Assembly: GCF_021028975.2 (NCBI RefSeq)
Contig: NC_059439.1
Coordinates: 22,940,001 to 23,004,000 of the forward strand
Direction of reading: 5' to 3'
DNA from: Sphaerodactylus townsendi
Lineage: Eukaryota
Length of the DNA: 64,000 nt
Part shown: positions 24,742-36,144 of the stretch, in pieces
Layout of the letters: each line of letters starts with the position of its first letter
How positions within the stretch are numbered: position 1 is the first letter of the stretch
Translations under genes and position numbers: made by a program
Notes under the pieces: model-generated
The model's input: only the letters and a program-made list of their open reading frames with translations
Databases searched by the model: none
Told to the model about the DNA's origin: nothing

Positions 24742-24972
24742 CCCTTTACATTTACCCAATCTCCCCGATTTATTTAGATTACACTACTTGCTGGACAATC
24801 CTGATCCTTCTATCTGTATCATGATAGTGGCAGACTTTCTTCTGGAAATTACTAAATGCCAGTAGATTTCCTTCCACTTAACATTTATTTCCTGTACTGT
24901 ATATGTTTTTTAATCAGTTTTTTTTTACTATTGTTGTACTGTTGTCTATGCCAATAAAGGCTTGCTTCTCTG
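24742..24972 (+). mobile_element. 5'-truncated LINE 3' end
   Basis: 13-bp TSD ATAATGCCACTCT (24729-41, 24973-85). Ends GCCAATAAAGGCTTG like 62360-62993. Absent from the paralogous region near 29640. Confidence 0.75.
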
Positions 24973-25508
24973 ATAATGCCACTCTGCTCACACTGTTCTT
25001 CTACTGGAAGGTGCCCACACTCACCCTCTCAAATTCATTTCATCTGTGAGAAGACTTTCTTCTTCCAGAGGAAAGTTCAGTCTGTCAGAGGAAGGGTCAA
25101 CAGAGAGCTGAACAGAATCAGAAACCCTGTGAATTCAATCTCAGGTGGATTTTCAGTTAAATTTATTGAAAGGCATTGATTTATAAAATCATGCTAAAGT
25201 GTCAGGCTACAAAAATTATCTAAATTTAGATACTTGTGCCATCCTCAGCAGTTTCTAATCCTACCACATTGTTCTGTCATGATTGGAGCCTGGTTGTTTA
25301 AGTAAGGGAGTTGGGTACTTGGTAACATCTTTAATGAGCAAACCTCTCTTCAGGTCACAGATCTATGGCTAAATTATGTCAGAAAATAGCACACAGTTCA
25401 ACTTCATGTTTCAAAAAATTATGTTGATGTCACTCCTCAGAACAAAAGAGTCTAACAGTGCATAATATTGACAGCAACTAAAATATTCTAAAATACTATT
25501 TTTCACAG

Positions 25509-26486
25509 ATGCAGAATACTGAAAGCATGGAATGTAAAAATCAAACAGTCATCAAGGATTTCATCCTGTTGGGGTTTAGAAATATCCAGGATATAAAACA
25601 TTTTCTCCTCTTGGTCTTCTTGGTGGTCTATCTAACAACTGTGGGGGCAAATATCCTCATTATTGTGCTGATTGTGGCGGACCGAAATCTTCACACACCC
25701 ATGTATTTCTTCCTGGGGAATTTATCCTGCTTGGAGACCTTGTACAGTTCAGCAATTTTGCCCAGAATGCTGGTTAGTTGGGTATCTGGAGACAGAACGA
25801 TTTCCATCAGTGGATGTTTCACACAACATTATTTATTTGCATCTCTGGCAGCTGTTGAATGTTATCTCCTTTCTGCAATGTCTTATGATCGATATCTGGC
25901 TATATGTAAACCTCTTCATTACGTGTCCTTAATGAATGGCAAATTATGCCTCCAGATGGCAGCTGGGTCTTGGGTCACTGGTTTTTTTGCTAGCACCATC
26001 ACACTAGTATTAATGTTAAGACTAGTTTTCCGTGGTCCTAATGAGATTAACCATTTCTTTTGTGATTCCTTTCCTATTCTCCAGTTGTCTTGCAGCAACA
26101 CTTTTTTCTTAAGAACACTGATTTTATTTTTTGTAACTGTGTTCACCCTTCCCCCATTTATACTAACCATAATGTCATACACATACATCATTACTGCCAT
26201 CCTCAAAATCCCATCCACCACGGGAAGGCAAAAAACCTTTTCTACCTGCTCCTCTCACCTCATTGTGGTGACAATTTACTATGGCACAATAGCAGCTGTG
26301 TATGCTATACCAGACTCCAGCTCTCTTGAAGATGTAAGTAAAGCTTTTTCTGTCTTCTACACTATCCTAACACCTCTGGTCAACCCTCTCATTTATAGTC
26401 TAAGAAACAAAGATGTTAAGGAATCTCTTCAGAGGTCTGCAATCATAGCATGGGTCAGAACGCTGGCAAGGAATCATAAAAATTAA
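25509..26486 (+). CDS. class II olfactory receptor (OR6/11-like), 325 aa
   Basis: Intact motifs ([37 protein letters not shown]). Acceptor TTTTTTCACAG|ATG. Confidence 0.95.
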   Translation: MQNTESMECKNQTVIKDFILLGFRNIQDIKHFLLLVFLVVYLTTVGANILIIVLIVADRNLHTPMYFFLGNLSCLETLYSSAILPRMLVSWVSGDRTISISGCFTQHYLFASLAAVECYLLSAMSYDRYLAICKPLHYVSLMNGKLCLQMAAGSWVTGFFASTITLVLMLRLVFRGPNEINHFFCDSFPILQLSCSNTFFLRTLILFFVTVFTLPPFILTIMSYTYIITAILKIPSTTGRQKTFSTCSSHLIVVTIYYGTIAAVYAIPDSSSLEDVSKAFSVFYTILTPLVNPLIYSLRNKDVKESLQRSAIIAWVRTLARNHKN

Positions 26487-27311
26487 ACTCTGAATAGTTA
26501 CCCAAAAAGAAGCCCAAAATGTCATGAAATAGTAGGTAACCAAGACATCAGTCCCAAGAACATTTACTAAGAACTAACTCATATTGAGCTTTGTGGAGTT
26601 AAATTCAAAGTAAAGATGTTTAGGAATGTCCTATAACTGGTTGCCTTTGCTAAAAAATGGTTTCTAAAAGCAACAAAATCCCATCCTACCAGCTCTTCCT
26701 TTTAGTACCCGATCATTTAAATAAAATTTGATTGATTGTTTTAATTGTTTTAAAGTGATTGAATTATGTACTGCCTTGTTGGGAGGATTTGGTCACCTTG
26801 GGTTAGATTTTTTTGAAGAGGTGGGATAGATGTATTCTAAAATAATAAAAGTGACCAATTATCCTTCTGTTGTCTACACTGGTTCTATTATATTCAGCAC
26901 AGCTCTTGTATCAGGAGAAAATCTGAGAAAATCCAACTCAGTATATACATGTTTCACAGTTTATAAGTGATTCACAGATTTTTTTTTAGTGAACCGAACA
27001 AGATAATTTATATGTTATTTGTTATTATTGGTCAATAATGGAAAACTCAAGCAGATTCCATCAAGATTCTATCAATTTTGAATGTTTTAAATAGTTTCCA
27101 GCCATCCTAGAAGGACCAGGCTCTTATTTATCCCTTTTAACTTCTTTCTCACTAGTCCTCTCATTTTAGCCAAATTCTCTCTTTAGAAATTAAGGTTTTT
27201 TGTTGGGGGGCACTTTGGGAAAAAAAATTCAATTCACTTGAATGCTGAATAGTTCATGGAATTGAGGTTGAGGTTTCAAAGGGGTGCAACAATATTTACA
27301 ACTCTCATCAT

Positions 27312-27833
27312 GGCCCTTTCCGCACGGAGGCGGAAGGGCTTGGGTCGGCGTTTCTGACACCGACCCGACGATGCTGGGACTGTCCACACAGATGGTCCCA
27401 GAAAGAACCGGGGAGACGGCACCGCTGGGCGCAGTCGCCCGGTTGACTTACGTGCTCTCTGGCCCTCTGGCGCGTCACCGGGGCCTGGGGACACGCCTCC
27501 CCTGCCCTGCGCGCCTGCTTCCGTGTCGCAGAGCAGGGGGGCGTGTCCCCAGGCCCCGGCGACACGCCGGAGGGCCAGAGAGCAGGTAAGGGAAGGGAGG
27601 GAGTGTGAGGGAGCGCCAGGAAACCGCTGCTGTTCGCTGGCAGTGGCTTCCAGCCAGCGTTTCCAAAAAACCATGCTGGGGAAGCATGGCTTGGAAATGC
27701 GGGCTCAGCGCCAGACAGGCGGCGCGAGGGCGGCGCGGCTGTGAAGCAGCTGCACCCCCTGTGCAAATGGCAGCCTGAGGACGGCGTTTTTGCCGTCCAC
27801 AGGCCGCCATATTCCGCCCGTGCGGAAACGGCC
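27312..27833. mobile_element. GC-rich PIF/Harbinger-type MITE A (522 bp)
   Basis: 15-bp TIRs GGCCCTTTCCGCACG / CGTGCGGAAACGGCC and 3-bp TSD CAT. Same family as 42428-42874 (inverted) and 51330-51850. Confidence 0.88.
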
Positions 27834-28009
27834 CATGTTTCAAATAGAGATGTAAAGGACTAGGTCTCTTCAACTTTATGACTCTATGATAAAGCTCTGT
27901 TCAGATATTTGAATCTCAAAAGCCTATATGCCCAAAATCTTGCTAGTCGCTACTGAATTGAAATCTAGCAGTTTTACTCCAGGCCAACATGGCCACCCTC
28001 TGAAACTAG

Positions 28010-28149
28010 GGCTGATTCTGCATGGGCCAAAAACAGCAGTGTGAAAACGGTGTGAAAACAGTATAAATCCTTTTACACCATTTTAAACCCTTTTACACCA
28101 TTATCACACCGTTTTCACACTGCTGTTTTTGGCCCATGCGGAATCAGCC
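28010..28149. mobile_element. palindromic Harbinger-type MITE (140 bp)
   Basis: About 46-bp inverted arms GGCTGATTCTGCATGGGCCAAAAACAGCAGTGTGAAAACGGTGTGA, flanks TAG/TAA. A partial right arm recurs at about 54525-54552. Confidence 0.8.
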
Positions 28150-28383
28150 TAAATTCATTTATGTTTTGGCTTCTGTCTTGCCCTTCCTCCACATGTGTTG
28201 ACTGTAACAGATCAAGTGGCACAAATAAAACTTCCCCATTGTGGGATGACATCACAAAAGTATTTTCAGCTCTATCTCAGAACATTCCTGGAGATTTGGA
28301 GATGAGGCCTGGGAAGAGGAGAAAGCTCATGGGGGATATGATGCCACAGAGTATGTCCTATGAAGCTGCCATTTCTTCTAGGG

Positions 28384-28537
28384 CAGTGGTTCTCAACCTG
28401 GGGGTCGGGACCCCTTTGGGGGTTGAATGACCCTTTCATAGGGGTCACCTAAGACTCTCTGCATCAGGGTTGGGGGTCACCACAACATGGGGAACTGTAT
28501 TAAAGGGCCGCGGCATTAGGAAGGTTGAGAACCACTG
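28384..28537. mobile_element. SPIN (URR1-like) hAT MITE (154 bp)
   Basis: TIRs CAGTGGTTCTCAACCT / AGGTTGAGAACCACTG. Internal GACCCCTTTGGGGG..GACCCTTTCA and GGGGTCACCACAACATG..GAACTGTATTAAAGGG match recalled SPIN/URR1 sequence. TSD TTCTAGGG/CTCTAGGG. Confidence 0.85.
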
Positions 28538-31048
28538 CTCTAGGGGAACTGATTTCTGTGGTCTGAAGATTGGTTTTAATTCTGGAAGAGCTACCTGGAG
28601 ACTGATAACCCTGCATCACCAGTACAATGCTTTCAATGGAGACAACTGACTTCAGTAGTCTTTTTCTGAGTTACTGAGGTGAATTGATGTTTTTGCCTCC
28701 TTCTTTACATCATTGGAAATTAAATGGTTCTCCTCACTTCATTGCTCATATTCAGACATGAAAAATCACCCTTTATTGATTTCCCTTTAGGGTTTCATGT
28801 TGTTTTTCACACAGTCTCCTGAGTTTAAATTCTCAAGGAGACACAGGTATAGTCAACTACTGTCTTCAGACACATATTTGTTTAGCTAATAAGTACAAAA
28901 ACAAAGGGTGGCTCCCTATTTCAGTCAGAAATTCAAGTTTGCTATTTTGTGTAAGTGCCACATCAATGAGGACATTAGTTAGGGTAGCGTTGTGTAGAAA
29001 AATGGAGGATTTTGTTGGACTGAATACACTAAGAAGCTACTGATTATTGGAGGATTTACACATAGTAAGTAAATAAGTTTTCTTTCTAACTTCTGGTGAA
29101 ATTTTGTGGAAAATTCTTAAGCACCCACACCCACATACACACACATATTTGCCTTTGTCATAGTTGATTTATGGCAATCCCATAGGGTTTTCAAGGCAAG
29201 ACTCAGTTTAAATATGGGGTGGGGGGAATATAAAGACTTTGTCTCGTAAGGTTGTTTGGATTCATGCAATGATTTCATGCTAGCTCTGTAGATTTTTAAA
29301 TTTTCCCCTCACTTTCAACAATTTGTTTCTCCATACACAATCACAATCTGCTGTTCATCTTGAAGCTCCCATTACTTTGTGAAAGACTTTGTCATACAGC
29401 ATACTTTTACTTTATTTACTTTACTAACCCTGCCTTACCCCAGCCAAAGCCCAGGCTCAGATTGACTCACATACAAACAATATATAATACAAAACATTCA
29501 TAAAAATTAACATAATAATTAAAACCCCACTCTTAATTTATATTTTAAAAAGCTTTGACATCAGGAAAAAGAACTCAAAGAGAATTTCACAGCTGACTGG
29601 ACCCTGTCCTGTTGAGTGTAGAACACATTGCTTATAATTCCACCATATTCACTGTATTCATACAATGAAAAAACCTCCCTCATCCAAATTATATTCTCTT
29701 CATCTGTAGGGAGGCTTTCTTCCAAAGGAAAGCTCAACCTGTCAGAAGAAGGCTCAACAGAGAGCTGAATAGAACAATAAATCTGTGAATTCAGTCTCAA
29801 ATGTATTTTTAGTTAAATTTATTGAAAGGCTTTGATTTATATCATGCTATGGTATTTGGCTACAAAAATAATCTCAATTTAGATACTTGTGGCTCAGGGG
29901 CTTATTTGTTTCCCCCACCAGTCCTTAAAAAAAGCTTTGGTAGGGAGCAATTTTTGTTAAAGAAATAGCACAACTAGAATGATGTATAAAATACCTTGTG
30001 ATGGCATCAGCTACACAACCAAATCAAATCTGACCCCTGGATTTCTATCATTAATCATCAGTTGGATTTCTATCATTAATCATCAGAACATTAATTGTAA
30101 ACCCCAACATAACATGTCATTTAGTTGGGCCTTTATGTCAATTCAAGTAGCCAAGAGCTAATTTGGTTTCCAGAATCCAATTACTTTTTTTGAAGATCTG
30201 ATATATGTTCCCTTTCATACTTGAACACAAATATAGGGTTGGATCCGAAGAGTTTTTCCATCTAATGTTACCCAATTCCTCATTACAAGATCAAATTCAG
30301 AGACCTTTATTAGGCATATACAACATAGGGACAAAGAATAGAAGCAAATCCAGGATAGAATAGTGTGAGTAACATGAACAGAAACCAAGGGAACATAATC
30401 TAAAATGTGCAGCAGAAACTTGGGTACAGTTTCAGTTATTTCAGCCTCATTACTACAGTCCCATTTCCACAACACTTTTGTCTATGTAGGATCCAATGAG
30501 GTCCAGCATAATCTTTATATGTGACCAAAGGAGATCCTTCCTTAATTTTTTTCCACTAGAAGAAAAGCTGGTTGGATCCAACCCAATAGATTCACATACA
30601 ATTGCACATCAGAATTATAACAAACATCAGAGTGATTGTGTATGTTTATTTTACTAGAAGGCCATTCCTGATTCTGCCCTGTTATGTGGAAAAGAAGTTC
30701 TGTTATTGTCAGCTTTCTGAACTGTAACTAAAACATTTATTAGCAACTTTAGAGAATGAATGGAATTTTGAAAGGTGCTATGGTAAGTTAAAAATAATTT
30801 GGTGGTTACAGTAATTAAAATGTTCCAAAATGCAACATTAGAGATGCAGGGTGTTGAAACCTCAGATGAAGAGTATAACAGAATACTGATGTGGCTTCAC
30901 GAAAGGTGTTTGAATACTTGCTTGAAGGTCTTTTACAGTTCTGCTACCAGAAATGTATTGATAACATTCAAAGCTGAGAATGAAATACTGCAATGATATA
31001 CATAATATTCACAGTAACTAAAATATTCTAAAATACTACTTTCCACAG

Positions 31049-32501
31049 ATGCAGAATATTGAAAGCCTGGAATGTAAAAATCAAACAGTCATCAAGGAAT
31101 TCATCTTGTTGGGGTTTAGAAATATCCAGGATATGAAGATTTTTCTACTATTGGTGTTTTTGGTGGTCTATCTAATGACCATGATGGCAAACATCCTCAT
31201 TATCATGCTTGTTTTGGCTGACCTACGTCTTCATACTCCTATGTATTTCTTCCTGGGAAATTTATCCTTACTGGAGACCCTGTACAGTTCAACTATTTCA
31301 CCTAGAATGCTGGCTAGTTTGGTAACTGGAGACAGAACTATTTCAATCAGTGGATGCTTTGTGCAGCATTATTTATTTGTATCATTAGCAGCTGTTGAAT
31401 GTTATCTCCTTTTTGCAATGTCCTGTGATCGGTGTTTGGCTATATGTAAACCTCTTCATTACGTATCCTTAATGAATGGCCAATTATGCCTCAAGATGGC
31501 AGCTGGGTCTTGGATAGCCGGTTTTTTCGCTAGCACTGTGACAATAATATTAATGTCGAGGTTAGTTTTCAGTGGTCCTAATGAGATCAACCATTTCTTT
31601 TGTGACACTTTCCCTATTATCCAGTTGTCTCGCAGCAACACTTTCTTTTTAGAAACACTAATTTTGGTATTCGTAGCTGTATTCACCCTTCCCCCATTCA
31701 CACTCACCTTAATGTCATATGTATTTATTATTATTGCCATCCTCAAAATTCCATCTACCACTGGAAGGAAAAAAGCTTTTTCTACTTGCTCCTCCCATCT
31801 CATTGTGGTGGCAATTTATTATGGCACAATAGCAGCTGTGTATATCTTACCAGACTCCACTTCTCTCAGGCCGTTTCTGCACGCCCCCCTCGCGCCCCCA
31901 CGCCGGCAGGAGTTCTGTCGGCGTGGGGGCGGGAGCCTGCTCGCACGCAAGCGTGCGAGCAGGCAACGGGGAGGCCGGCAGAAGGCAGGGCGGCTCCGCA
32001 CGGAGCCGCCTCTGCGCCCTCCCCCGCCCCACTTACTGTGTCTTCCTCGTCGCCTGCGGGGCGTCGCAGCCCTCGCCCATGCGCTGCCCTCCGACCCCTG
32101 GAGGTCGGAGGACAGTGTGGGCGAATGCCCATAGGGAGAAAGCGTCTTCCCGGCGGCGCGGTTCGCACCGCGCCGCAGGGAAGACGATCCCTCCCCAACA
32201 ACAACCCTTTAAACAACCCTTTGTTTTTTAGGGCGGCTTGACGCCACCCTGGGGGGAGGGAAGAGGCGTCAGGTCGCCGCTGCTGCAACGCCTTTTTTGG
32301 CGCCCCCAGGCCGTCGTACACAGGCCGTGCAGATACGGCCTCAGAGACTTGAATAAAGCTTTTTCTATCTTTTACACCATCCTAACACCTCTGGTCAACC
32401 CTCTCATATACAGTCTGCGAAACAAAGATGTAAAAGACTCTTTTCAGAAATTTGCAATGATAGTATTTGGCAAAGCTCAGACAATAAACCAGAAAAAATA
32501 A
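31049..32501 (+). pseudogene. OR6/11-like gene interrupted by MITE B (paralog of 25509)
   Basis: Removing the MITE and one TSD gives 978 nt (325 aa), the same length as the paralog. It also carries MSCDRC (for MSYDRY) and LSRSNT (for LSCSNT). Confidence 0.88.
31869..32340. mobile_element. CpG-rich PIF/Harbinger-type MITE B (472 bp)
   Basis: TIRs GGCCGTTTCTGCACG / CGTGCAGATACGGCC and TSD TCA. Empty homologous sites at about 42335 and about 60321. Confidence 0.92.
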
Positions 32502-33519
32502 GGCTGAATTGTGGCTTAAAAAGGAGTCCAGATAATTCTTGAAATAGTCAAAAACCAAGATCACAATTCAGAACACATTCACTAAGGATTAAGCCTCATT
32601 TTACTTTGTGGAGCTAATACCAGAGCAAACATACTTAGGAAGGTCCTGTGTGCTTGCCTTTTTGGTTTTTAAAAGTAATGCATCAAATCCTAATAACCTT
32701 TCTTCTCAATATTTTATTATTGATTCTTACCATTTAATCTACTTGTCTGTAGCACACATAAAAATGGGAAGAGAAGGCAGAGACTAACTTGTCACCACGA
32801 TCTTTAGAGAAATGGGGTAATTCAGTAAAATAAGTGGATTATTTCATTACTGGGGTTCTAGTGGGGTATCCATTTTAATTAGCTGCAACAAAAATAAAAA
32901 TAAAAACAGCTTTGCTTAAATAGAAACTTTTATAAGCTAGCAGCCATTTTGTCTGGAATGTGAAGTATCACAAGACTCATTTTTCTTGTTAAAATAAGAA
33001 TGTGTTGGCCAATCATTTAAAAAATCCCTCATATAACTTAGAAATTTTGTTAGAGCATTTTGCCTTCCTTTTTTAAATTTTGAGGAGTTTTGCTCAAGCA
33101 ACTGTGCTCCTTAGTAGTCTTCAGATGGTATCTTAAGGATGTGTGAATTTTTTTTTAAAAAAATAATATTTATATAATCTATCTTTTATTCAAGTGCTTA
33201 AAAAACTAATGTTAAAAAACAATGTTCAATAAAATTACAATAATTCAATAACAAATATAATTCAAAGACTGCACCTCTTAATGACACCAAAACATAAATT
33301 TGATTGCAAGTAACTTGTTATATGGATTGACCTGATGTGTTTTGGTCTGATAGGTCTTCTTCAGAGGTTAAAATACAAAAACACAAACAGTAGTTATGAG
33401 AGAGCATAAAATAAACAAAGGTCACAAAAAATATGGTAGAAAAGTTGACTATGAATCTCTAGTCACATGTATGACATATAATTACGGCCAGATTTATTTA
33501 TTTATGAACTCATTTTATT

Positions 33520-34805
33520 ATTTTTTATTTATTTGTTTAATTTAATATACCGCCCTATCCCCGAAGGGTTCAGGGCGGTGAACAACATAAAATCATACAT
33601 AAAATCATCACAAAATTAGTTACCATAAATACAATTAAAACAACAGTTAATACCTAACATAGCGTCCCACGAAACCTGTGTTTAGACCCTCCCCAGAAAT
33701 AAATATATATGATGGGTCTTGATAGTATAAGGGACCCATATGGGACAAAAAGGAGGGGCAGGGGGCACCTTCAGCGGCTGGTCTCACCAAAGGCCTGGTG
33801 GAACAACTCAGTCTTACAGGCCCTGCGGAACTCTCCAAGGTCCCGCAGGGCCCAGACAGCTGGAGGGAGAGTGTTCCACCAGGCTGGCGCCAGAGCCATG
33901 AAGGCCCTGGCCCAAGTAGAGGCCAACCGCGTCATTGAGGGGCCAGGGACTACCAGTAAGTTGGCCTCTGCGGAGCGCAGAGGTCGGGCCGGGACATATG
34001 GGGTAATGTGGTCCCGAAAGTACAAGGGTCCCAGGTCACGTAAGGCCTTAAAGGTCAGCACCCACACCTTGAAGATGATTCGGAATTCAACTGGGAGCCA
34101 ATGCAGACGGTGCAACACAGGTTGAATGTGTTCTTGAAAGGCGCCCCCTGTGAGCAAGCGAGCCACTGCATGCTGGACCAGTTTCAGTTTCCGGATCAAA
34201 CGCAAGGGAAGGCTCGCATAGAGCGAGTTACAATAGTCTAACCTGGAGGTGACCGTTGCATGGATCACAGTGCCTAGGTCAGTGCTGGAAAGGAAGGGAG
34301 CCAACCGTCGTGCCTGACGAATATGGAAAAACGCAACCTGGGTGATATGGGCCACCTGGGTCTCCATTGAGAGAGACAAATCCAGGTGAACCCCCAGGCT
34401 GTGAACGGAGGTCAGCGCCAATGTGACCCCCTCCCACACCGGCAGCTGGAAATCCCCAACCTTCCCTTCACGACCAAGCCAAAGGATCTCCGTCTTCGAT
34501 GGATTAAGTTTTAACCTGCTCTGTTGCAACCAACCAGCGACCTCCTCCAAACAATGCTGTAGAGCTGCAGGGGCGGCGGCAGCTCCCCCCTCCATCAACA
34601 GAATGAGCTGAGTGTCATCAGCATATTGATGACAGATCAGCCCAAAGCTCTGTACCAACTGAGCAAGGGGTAGCATATAGATGTTAAATAACAGTGGGGA
34701 CAGCAGTGCCCCCTGAGGCACACCGCAATGAAGTGGGCACCTCCGGGAGGCTTGGTCCCCACACCACACTTGCTGACTCCACCCTCGGAGAAACGAGGCA
34801 ATCCT
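33520..34805 (-). mobile_element. L2 LINE, 5'-truncated (RT C-terminal region and tail)
   Basis: ORF 33771-34769: GVPQGALLSPLLFNIY, HQYADDTQL, SRLDYCNSLY, LHWLPVEFRI. 3' tail GAACCCTTCGGGGATAGGGCGGTATATTAAAT with an A-rich end. Confidence 0.92.
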
Positions 34806-34942
34806 CTTTTATGGATGGCAACCAACTATCCTTAACTGGGTACAAATTCACAGAATGTGGGCCAGTGCAAATTTCAAAAAAGAGTTATGAATTCATCCGA
34901 TGGGCTGGGGGGGAGGGGTGTAACTGACCTGAATTTCTTAGG

Positions 34943-35110
34943 CTAGCCTTGCCAATTCTGGGAAGCTAAGCAGGGTTGGTCCTGGTCAGTGTGGATGGGA
35001 GACCTCTAAGGTACACCAAGGTCACAATACTGAGGCAAACCACCTCTGATTGTTTCTTGTCTTGTATTGCAAGCCTTGCTGAGTCTCCATAAGTGAACTG
35101 TGACTTGATT
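34943..35110 (+). mobile_element. 5S rRNA-derived SINE with Sauria/RTE-type tail
   Basis: GGAAGCTAAGCAGGGTTGGTCCTGGTCAGT..GGATGGGAGACC matches the 5S rRNA box A/C region, followed by GGCAAACCACCTCTG and CCATAAG..CTGTGACTTG. Confidence 0.7.
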
Positions 35111-35539
35111 GGGATAAACAGGAGAAAAAATAGATTTTTGAGGCCTCATATCAGGCAGTCAGCTCAGCCACTTGTCGGCGATAACACAGATTCAGATGGA
35201 TCACAGCTGAGGTCTAAGGCAACTAAGCAGCTATACTTAGTGGAACCCCGATCCAAACCTATTGCCTTACAAGTCTGGTCTACTAAACAGCAGCATTGGA
35301 GAATGGAAAAGGGCAACTCCACACACCAGAAGAGTAAGCATCCATGCGATGAGTGCTCTGAAAGGATGTCCCAGCAGATGAAACCCTCTCCCCATGCCTA
35401 TGTCTCTGTTTACCATCTGTATAAACAATGATTCAACAGGAAGGATAATGTGGAGGATTCAACAGGGAGAAAATGCAGTATGGGCTGGCTGAAGTGACTT
35501 GCAGGGATCCTGCCACTGAACCATGGAGCTGCCATCCCC

Positions 35540-35954
35540 ACAGCTCAAGCCCATTCAGAATGCAGCAGCCAGGCTGCTTACTGGCAGTTCGAGCAGGGAT
35601 CATATTACACCGATCCTATACCATCTGCACTGGCTGCTGATTGCGTTCCGGATTATGTTTAAAGTGTTGGTTTTGACCTTCAAAGCCATTCGCGGTCTCG
35701 GACCTGCATACCTGAGGGACCGCCTCTCCCCATATTGCCCCGGTAGGCCCCTCCGCTCCTCGGAGGAGGACCTACTCGTGATCCCTGGCCCCAAAATGAT
35801 CAGGCTGGCCTCGATGAGGGGCAGGGCCTTTTCAGCCCTGCCCCCTGCCTGGTGGAACAGGCTCCCTAGGGAGATCAGGGCCCTGCGGGACTTACAGAGT
35901 TTCCGCAGGGCCTGCAAGACAGACCTGTTCCGCCAGGCGTTTGGCCAGCCTGGT
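35540..35954 (+). mobile_element. L2 LINE 3' coding fragment running into a gap
   Basis: QNAAARLLTG..DHITPILYHLHWL..FRRACKTDLFRQAF. Confidence 0.88.
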
Positions 35955-36144
35955 NNNNNNNNNNNNNNNNNNNNNNNNNNNNNNNNNNNNNNNNNNNNNN
36001 NNNNNNNNNNNNNNNNNNNNNNNNNNNNNNNNNNNNNNNNNNNNNNNNNNNNNNNNNNNNNNNNNNNNNNNNNNNNNNNNNNNNNNNNNNNNNNNNNNNN
36101 NNNNNNNNNNNNNNNNNNNNNNNNNNNNNNNNNNNNNNNNNNNN
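35955..36144. other. assembly gap (190 N)
   Basis: Run of N, followed by L2-type tails in both orientations (36145-36500). Confidence 1.

Noticed and set aside
27276-27873. Overlapping Arg/Pro/Gly-rich ORFs here and at 31786-32321, 42376-42988, 51293-51990 and 52721-53067
   Set aside because: They coincide with GC-rich MITEs, are open on both strands because stops are rare, and have no transposase or Myb motifs.
31049-32134. 361-aa ORF as an intact novel receptor
   Set aside because: TM7 is missing and the tail is read-through into MITE B.
34955-35015. 5S rRNA gene
   Set aside because: Partial, diverged and fused to a retroposon tail, so it is a SINE head.
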